Below are positions 25,188 through 30,456 of a DNA stretch of 30,456 nucleotides, one piece after another. The position numbers were made by a program, and so were the translations under genes. The DNA is from a virus. Lineage: Duplodnaviria > Caudoviricetes. The notes below the pieces were generated by a model. It saw nothing but the letters and a program-made list of their open reading frames with translations, ran no database searches and was not told the origin of the DNA. Where the stretch lies: IMG/VR virus record IMGVR_UViG_3300016665_000205, positions 1 through 30,456 of that record; one strand, given 5' to 3'. Position 1 is the first letter of the stretch, and the number at the start of each line of letters is the position of its first letter.

Positions 25188-25301
25188 ATGGACATGCTCA
25201 TCGAGGTATGTGGCTGGTTGATGGTGGTGTGCGTGTTCGTGGCGATCGTGGAGGCCATTGTCCAGACTCTGGACGACAGGGGATGGGGAAACGATGAGTG
25301 A
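25188..25301 (+). CDS. 37-aa single-TM membrane peptide, not in the ORF track
   Basis: GAGGAGGT RBS; MDMLIEVCGWLMVVCVFVAIVEAIVQTLDDRGWGNDE. Confidence 0.6.
   Translation: MDMLIEVCGWLMVVCVFVAIVEAIVQTLDDRGWGNDE
25260..25274. promoter_or_regulatory. Palindrome copy 3
   Basis: GTCCAGA-C-TCTGGAC, exact reverse complement of 7769-7783. Confidence 0.55.
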
Positions 25302-25309
25302 GGTGCAAC

Positions 25310-25507
25310 ATGGGATGGTGGTTCTTGCTGGCGTGGTTGGAGATGGGCATACCGCAGACTGCAATGGTCTACGCGGGGCAGGATGAGCAACGCTGCCTGA
25401 CGGTGGCGGACGAACATCTGGAGCGGCAACAGGAACGGCCCGACAGGTTCGTCGAGGTCGTTTACCTGGGCTGCGTGCGCGGGAGTCAACCGAGGATGGT
25501 GCGATGA
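25310..25507 (+). CDS. Hypothetical protein (65 aa)
   Basis: GAGGT RBS; hydrophobic N-terminus, two Cys. Confidence 0.6.
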   Translation: MGWWFLLAWLEMGIPQTAMVYAGQDEQRCLTVADEHLERQQERPDRFVEVVYLGCVRGSQPRMVR

Positions 25508-25848
25508 GCGAAGAAGAATTGCTGGATGCCATGTGCCAAGCGTACTGGAAGGCTGGGCCGGGCATCAGGAACCCCATGCGGAGCATTTTGGAATTGCTGC
25601 ACGCCCACGGCTATCGGCGGTGTGCGGAGGGGCAGAAGGTGACGCAGTGGTGTGCCGAGGCTGAGCGCATCCGGGCCAATCTCAAGGCGCTTGAGGACGA
25701 GCATATTGCTTACGCCGATGACGTAGGCGACGCGCTTGGTCAGGGCGAGGATGAACCGCTGCTGACGTGTGCGCGGCGGGTAGTGGCCGAGTTCGAGCAC
25801 TGCCTCGCCGTCGTGCGGGCGCATGACAGTTCGTTGACGCGGCGATGA
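25504..25848 (+). CDS. Hypothetical protein (114 aa)
   Basis: ATGA coupling; RRCAEGQKVTQWCAEAE segment. Confidence 0.65.
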   Translation: MSEEELLDAMCQAYWKAGPGIRNPMRSILELLHAHGYRRCAEGQKVTQWCAEAERIRANLKALEDEHIAYADDVGDALGQGEDEPLLTCARRVVAEFEHCLAVVRAHDSSLTRR

Positions 25849-25858
25849 GGGCAGAGGG

Positions 25859-26116
25859 ATGAGTTGCGAAATTTGCGGACGAGGCTCGTGCACGCGCTCT
25901 TTCCATTCAATAGAGGCGCAGGAAGAATTCGATGAACGGCAATCCATGAGCGATGACGTGGGCACGCTGCGCGAAGAGTTGCAAAGCGCCCGCGCCGAAC
26001 TCGCGGCCCTGCACAAACGTGCAGAGCAAGCCGAGGCCGAGGTCGAGCGGCTGCGAGTCGAGGTAGAGCGGTATAAGTCGATGTTAGAGAAAGCATCGTT
26101 CAACGCAGGTCTTTGA
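25859..26116 (+). CDS. Hypothetical protein with N-terminal CxxC-x4-C-x4-H and coiled coil (85 aa)
   Basis: MSCEICGRGSCTRSFHS; GAGGG upstream. Confidence 0.7.
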   Translation: MSCEICGRGSCTRSFHSIEAQEEFDERQSMSDDVGTLREELQSARAELAALHKRAEQAEAEVERLRVEVERYKSMLEKASFNAGL

Positions 26117-26124
26117 GGTGAATC

Positions 26125-26430
26125 ATGAACAGGGATGACGTGCTGCGATTGGCTGAAGAACTGCGGGAGGCCGTTGAAACTTACCCGCAGATGTCGGAGG
26201 ACGAACCCGGCGGCTACTGCTCAAAACAGGACTACCTGCTGGATTCGGCGGCTATCGCGCTTCGTCAAATGTGCGCGGAGCTTGAATGTATCGAATCCGC
26301 TGTGCGGGCGGATGAGAGGGAGGAGTGCGCGAGGGTGTGCGAGGAAACTACGTTTGCGTGGACAGAGCACACTTACAACAGCGGGTGCATGGACTGCGCC
26401 GCCGCCATCCGGGCGAGGGGGGGGCGATGA
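26125..26430 (+). CDS. Hypothetical phage protein (101 aa)
   Basis: GAGGTG RBS; ends in the common phage motif EREECARVCE...CAAAIRARG. Confidence 0.75.
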   Translation: MNRDDVLRLAEELREAVETYPQMSEDEPGGYCSKQDYLLDSAAIALRQMCAELECIESAVRADEREECARVCEETTFAWTEHTYNSGCMDCAAAIRARGGR

Positions 26431-26879
26431 GCCTGCGTGAAGCAGCATTAAAGGCACTGAGCGCGCTGGAATACACCGCCTACGGAGAGCGCCCGCCCGC
26501 GCCTGAAGTGCGCGACGCTCTAACCGCCCTCCGCACCGCCCTCGCGGAAGAGCCAGACGCATCCGGCTTGTACCACAGGCCCGTGCATAAGGATTCGCCA
26601 AATGCGCGCCCAGCGTTTGCGGTCCGCGCGGAAGCGGAAGAGCCGGTGGCGTGGATGAAGATTGAAGATCCATGGGGTGGCAATGAGGCGCATTTTAGCC
26701 GAGACGAGCAAGTCGGCTGGACGGCTCTCTACACCCACCCACCCCGTCGCGAGCCGTTGACGGAAGAAGGCGTTCGACGCTTGTACCGAGAGGCATGGAC
26801 GCCCGAAAGCGAGGCGAACGAGGTGCTGGCTTTCGCACGCGCCATTGAGCGAGCGCACGGGATAGGAGGTGAATCATGA
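26427..26879 (+). CDS. Modular phage protein, 'EPVAW...LYTHPP...FARAIERAHGI' type, copy 1 (150 aa)
   Basis: ATGA coupling; paralogous to the next gene. Confidence 0.75.
   Translation: MSLREAALKALSALEYTAYGERPPAPEVRDALTALRTALAEEPDASGLYHRPVHKDSPNARPAFAVRAEAEEPVAWMKIEDPWGGNEAHFSRDEQVGWTALYTHPPRREPLTEEGVRRLYREAWTPESEANEVLAFARAIERAHGIGGES
26640..26746 (+). repeat. 107-bp perfect direct repeat, copy 1
   Basis: Identical to 27239-27345 (offset 599). Confidence 0.9.
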
Positions 26880-27490
26880 GCCTACGTGAAGCAGCGGAGA
26901 AGGCGTTGGAGGCGTTGGAATACATCGCTCGATATGGTCGGCCGCCACCGCCGGAAATACATCGAATAATTGACGCCCTCCGCACCGCCCTCGCGGAAGC
27001 GGAAGCGGAAGAGCCGGTGGTGAATATCGGGCCAGAATGGAAGCCGTGCGTGAAGCTGCCGATTACCGTCCATGTCCGAGAGCAACGCGCAGGAGAGACT
27101 CACATCAGCACGCGAGAGGGCATTACGCCCGTTAAGCCGGACGATCTAATCATGCGCGGCGTGGCCGGCGAGGAATATCCCATCAGCCGCGAATTATTCA
27201 AGCGCACCTACCGGATGGAAGCGGGAGCGGAACCGGATGAGCCGGTGGCGTGGATGAAGATTGAAGATCCATGGGGTGGCAATGAGGCGCATTTTAGCCG
27301 AGACGAGCAAGTCGGCTGGACGGCTCTCTACACCCACCCACCCCGCCGCGAACCGTTGACGGCGGAAGCCTTTCACGCCTTGTGGCGAGATTCACTCGAA
27401 AAGTGGCGGAAGGTCGGCGGCTGGAGTATGGCGGCTGAGATGATGGGCCGCGCAATCGAGCGCGCTCACGGGATAGGAGGTGACGAGTGA
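26876..27490 (+). CDS. Modular phage protein copy 2 with inserted PGDYG-like domain (204 aa)
   Basis: GGAGGT RBS; insert KLPITVHV...ISTREG...DDLIMRGVAGEEYPISRELFKRTY. Confidence 0.78.
   Translation: MSLREAAEKALEALEYIARYGRPPPPEIHRIIDALRTALAEAEAEEPVVNIGPEWKPCVKLPITVHVREQRAGETHISTREGITPVKPDDLIMRGVAGEEYPISRELFKRTYRMEAGAEPDEPVAWMKIEDPWGGNEAHFSRDEQVGWTALYTHPPRREPLTAEAFHALWRDSLEKWRKVGGWSMAAEMMGRAIERAHGIGGDE
27239..27345 (+). repeat. 107-bp perfect direct repeat, copy 2
   Basis: Identical to 26640-26746. Confidence 0.9.
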
Positions 27491-27720
27491 GTCCGAGAGA
27501 AGTGATAGCAATGGCATTGAGCAACAGGGCAACGTGTCACGAAGATGATTGGGATTGGTTTGATATGGCCGACGCCGTGATCGACGCGCTGGAGGGGATG
27601 GAGCCTACGGAGGCGATGGAACGAGCGGGGACAAAACCCTCGCCGCGTTTCCAAAGTCGCTCGGAAACGGCCAAGTCTATCTGGCGCGCAATGGTCGGAG
27701 CGATGCGGGAGTCAAAATGA
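27487..27720 (+). CDS. Hypothetical protein (77 aa)
   Basis: GGAGGT RBS, GTGA overlap; EPTEAMERAG...IWRAMVGA motif common in small phage proteins. Confidence 0.7.
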   Translation: MSPREVIAMALSNRATCHEDDWDWFDMADAVIDALEGMEPTEAMERAGTKPSPRFQSRSETAKSIWRAMVGAMRESK

Positions 27721-28340
27721 ATTACTCAGAACAATTCGAAGCCTTCTGGCACAACTACGGAAGCGAAGAAGGTCTGCAGGCTGGCGAGAAGGGCGGCAAG
27801 CGTGAAGCGTACAAGGCGTGGGACAAGGCACTGCATCGCTGGGCTGCGGAAGAGAAGAAGTCTGGGCCCGGTGTCGAGGCGGAGTTCGCCCGCCATGTAG
27901 CAGTGGGTCATGGCATCAACATGCGCAACCGCAAGGCCCTGCACCGGGCCAAGCGGTTCGTCCCACGGCTCCCGATGGTGACGACCTATCTCAACCAGTT
28001 CCGGTTCGAAGCGGAGCTGGACATCGCAACTGGCGACATCGTGGATGGTGGCCCTGCGAAGGCGGTGTGGGCGTGCGCAAGATGTGACCAGCCTGCGATC
28101 GGTCGCACCGAGCAGGGCGACAGGGTCTGCAAGGAGCACGATCTGGAGGACTGGTACGAGCGGGTGCGCAAGTCGACCGATGAGAAGGTCATCAAATGGT
28201 CGCCCAGGTTCATGGTTCAGCGCTATCCGAAAGACCCAGCCGAGTCGTGGAGCGACTGGTCGAGGCGCGTCGCCAGCCAGATTATCCGCGAGGCGAGGCC
28301 GGGAAGCCCGTTGAATGCGCTGCGCGCGAAGGATGCATGA
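27717..28340 (+). CDS. Protein resembling the C-terminal domain of phage replication initiators, plus a small Cys cluster (207 aa)
   Basis: YSEQFEAFWHNY...GGKREAYKAWDK...PMVTTYLNQFRFE; CARC...VCKEH. Confidence 0.6.
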   Translation: MNYSEQFEAFWHNYGSEEGLQAGEKGGKREAYKAWDKALHRWAAEEKKSGPGVEAEFARHVAVGHGINMRNRKALHRAKRFVPRLPMVTTYLNQFRFEAELDIATGDIVDGGPAKAVWACARCDQPAIGRTEQGDRVCKEHDLEDWYERVRKSTDEKVIKWSPRFMVQRYPKDPAESWSDWSRRVASQIIREARPGSPLNALRAKDA

Positions 28341-29953
28341 AGATGCGATACCTATCGGTTTGCAGTGGGATCGAGGCCGCCACCGTCGCGTGGCATCACA
28401 TGGGTTGGGAACCCGTAGCTTTCAGCGAGATAGAGCAATTCCCGGCTGCGGTGCTGAAGCACCACTATCCGCATGTGCCCAACCTGGGCGATATGACCAA
28501 CTTCAAGGAGTGGCCAGATGCAGCTATCGATGTTCTCGTCGGAGGAACTCCCTGCCAAAGCTTCAGCGTCGCAGGGCTTCGAAAAGGCCTTGCTGACCCT
28601 CGAGGAAATCTCGCTCTCACCTATCTTGCCATCGCTGCACGCTATCGGCCCCAGTGGGTGGTTTGGGAGAACGTCCCCGGCGTCCTGTCCAGCGGACGAG
28701 GACGGGACTTTGGTTCCTTCGTCGGGGGTTTGGGCCAACTCGGGTATGGGTGGGCCTACAGAGTGTTGGATGCTCAGTACTTCGGAGTGGCCCAGCGACG
28801 GCGTCGCGTGTTCGTTGTCGGATGTCTTGGAGACTGGCGACGTGCCGCGGCGGTTCTTTTTGAGCTCCAGAGCTTGCGAGGGGATCCTCCGCCGCGCAGA
28901 AAAGCGCGGGAAAGATCTGCCGCAGTCTCTTCTCCGAGCGTTGCAGGAAGTCTCGACACGGAGTGCGGAGGCGGAAGACTGACGCATCAAAGCGCAGTCA
29001 ATGGCCATCTCGTAGGGACGATCACTGCACGCATGTTTGGAGCCCTTGGCGCGCGAGACGTTGAAGAGGGTGCGCTGCTGCCGGTCTATTGCGATCCGCT
29101 TAACCAAGCGGCAAGCGCTTCGACCGCAAAGACTCTTGCTGCGCGCTCAGACATGGACGGCATGGGAATCGTCGCCCACACCCTGCGCGGCGATGGCTTC
29201 GATGCCAGCGAGGACGGCACGGGGCGGGGGACGCCGCTGGTGCCGGTGCTTGGCCCGACATTGCAGGCCAGGACAAGAGGCGGCGGGGGGCTTGGGACTG
29301 ACGCCGAGTGCGACGGCGCACTTATTCCGGTGTCGGTGGCCCATACACACGTTATGCCGACTATGCGAGCGGCTAGTGGCGGCGCTGCCCACAATCAGCG
29401 CAGCGGCGATACTCGCGATGAATACGTCGTGCCAGTGTGTCACGCCTTCGACGCCCGCCAGTCGGACGTGATTCAGTACGGCGACAAGACCGGCCCGCTG
29501 GACACGGACGGGCACAGCGTGGCGGTGGCGTTCAGCGTCAAGGACTACGGCGGTGATGCGGGCGACATCGCGCCGACATTGCGGGCTGGCGGCCATGCGG
29601 GCAGCCATGCGAACGGGGGCGTGATGCCAGCGGTGGCGTTCCAGCCTGGAAACTTGGCGCGTGGCGCTGGGAGCCAGCCAAGCGGAGAGGTTTTCCCGAC
29701 ACTGAAGTCTGACCACGGCCGAGGCTTGAGCGACCAGCATCCTCATGTGATGGCAGCCATGCAAGTCCGCCGCCTTACCCCGCGCGAGTGCGAGCGCCTG
29801 CAGGGTTTCCCCGACGACTACACCCAGATCCCCTACCGCAACAAGCCCGCCGCAGACGGCCCGCGATACAAGGCCATCGGGAACAGCATGGCGGTTCCGG
29901 TGATGGCCTGGATCGGGCAGCAGATCGACATCGCCGCTTCCGGCCTCGTATGA
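28337..29953 (+). CDS. DNA (cytosine-5)-methyltransferase with expanded variable region (538 aa)
   Basis: Motif I LSVCSGIEA, IV GGTPCQSFS, VI WENVPG, VIII QRRRRVF, IX RRLTPRECERLQGFPD, X YKAIGNSMAVPV. Confidence 0.95.
   Translation: MKMRYLSVCSGIEAATVAWHHMGWEPVAFSEIEQFPAAVLKHHYPHVPNLGDMTNFKEWPDAAIDVLVGGTPCQSFSVAGLRKGLADPRGNLALTYLAIAARYRPQWVVWENVPGVLSSGRGRDFGSFVGGLGQLGYGWAYRVLDAQYFGVAQRRRRVFVVGCLGDWRRAAAVLFELQSLRGDPPPRRKARERSAAVSSPSVAGSLDTECGGGRLTHQSAVNGHLVGTITARMFGALGARDVEEGALLPVYCDPLNQAASASTAKTLAARSDMDGMGIVAHTLRGDGFDASEDGTGRGTPLVPVLGPTLQARTRGGGGLGTDAECDGALIPVSVAHTHVMPTMRAASGGAAHNQRSGDTRDEYVVPVCHAFDARQSDVIQYGDKTGPLDTDGHSVAVAFSVKDYGGDAGDIAPTLRAGGHAGSHANGGVMPAVAFQPGNLARGAGSQPSGEVFPTLKSDHGRGLSDQHPHVMAAMQVRRLTPRECERLQGFPDDYTQIPYRNKPAADGPRYKAIGNSMAVPVMAWIGQQIDIAASGLV
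28518..28982 (+). CDS. Nested +1-frame ORF, M.EcoHK31I beta-subunit-like (154 aa)
   Basis: AAGGAG 28505-28510, 7 nt before ATG; SSGVWANSGM...CWMLSTSEWPS...CSLSDVLET...FFLS...ILRRAEKRGKDLP. Confidence 0.7.
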   Translation: MQLSMFSSEELPAKASASQGFEKALLTLEEISLSPILPSLHAIGPSGWFGRTSPASCPADEDGTLVPSSGVWANSGMGGPTECWMLSTSEWPSDGVACSLSDVLETGDVPRRFFLSSRACEGILRRAEKRGKDLPQSLLRALQEVSTRSAEAED

Positions 29954-30456
29954 CCCTCACCTTCACGCCACACGACTACCAGCGCGAGGCCCTCGACCAC
30001 CTCTACGACCTGCCCCGCAGCGTCCTGTGGATGCCGATGGGCGGGGGCAAGACGGTGACGGTGCTGACCGCTTTGACGACACTGGACCTCGTGGACGACG
30101 TGTTCCCGGTGCTGGTCCTTGCGCCAAAGCGGGTGGCGACCAGCACATGGCCACAGGAAGTGGCCAAATGGGCTCATACAGCGGCCTTGCGCGTGTCGCC
30201 GGTAGTCGGGACCGCAAAGCAGCGGGAAGCCGCCCTGCGGGCTCCTGCTGACGTCTACACGATGAGTTACGACAACCTCCCCTGGCTCGTCGCTCACTAC
30301 GGCGAGGGCTGGCCGTTCAAGACCGTGGTGGCCGACGAGTTGACCCGCCTGAAGTCCTACCGCACCCGGCAGGGCGGGACCCGCGCCAAGGCGCTGGCCA
30401 AGGTGGCGCACAGCAAGGTCAAGAGGTTCATCGGCCTGACCGGCACGCCGGCGCCC
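29950..30456 (+). CDS. SNF2-family helicase, 3'-truncated (missing from the ORF track)
   Basis: FTPHDYQ Q-motif, MPMGGGKT Walker A, VLVLAPKRVA, VVADELTRLK Walker B, GLTGTPAP motif III; ATGA overlap with the MTase stop. Confidence 0.92.
   Translation, partial: MTLTFTPHDYQREALDHLYDLPRSVLWMPMGGGKTVTVLTALTTLDLVDDVFPVLVLAPKRVATSTWPQEVAKWAHTAALRVSPVVGTAKQREAALRAPADVYTMSYDNLPWLVAHYGEGWPFKTVVADELTRLKSYRTRQGGTRAKALAKVAHSKVKRFIGLTGTPAP

Noticed and set aside
26417-26424. G8 run as a phase-variable tract that could fuse two genes
   Set aside because: Short run in GC-rich DNA that doubles as the RBS; no evidence of length variation without reads
26640-27345. 107-bp repeat as a diversity-generating retroelement TR/VR pair
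   Set aside because: Copies are identical, both in-frame coding, with no adenine-specific mismatches and no reverse transcriptase in the window

Overview
GC-rich tailed dsDNA phage or prophage segment with a short-tailed (podovirus-like) layout; no tape measure, sheath, integrase, tRNA or CRISPR array is visible. + strand order: a 5'-truncated fibre-like structural gene, small ORFs/HTH genes, terminase large subunit, portal, a ~1.1 kb non-structural interval, head genes (putative scaffold, major capsid, decoration), adaptor, nozzle/stabilisation protein, tail fibre plus chaperone, three probable ejection proteins, lysis genes (M15 peptidase endolysin, two holins), small early-type genes with duplicated modules, a C5 cytosine methyltransferase and a 3'-truncated SNF2 helicase. 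Most interesting: (1) the portal-to-head interval 6721-7850, holding an SD-led 12-aa basic peptide, a hairpin with anti-Shine-Dalgarno-like loops, an antisense zinc-finger + HTH gene pair, a ~380-nt highly structured candidate ncRNA ending in a terminator, then a palindrome and a sigma70-type promoter; (2) a 15-bp palindrome GTCCAGA-S-TCTGGAC recurring at three distant sites; (3) an SD-led 154-aa ORF nested in the +1 frame of the methyltransferase that resembles the overlapping beta subunit of M.EcoHK31I. All family assignments come from motif recognition by eye; no searches or folding programs were run.
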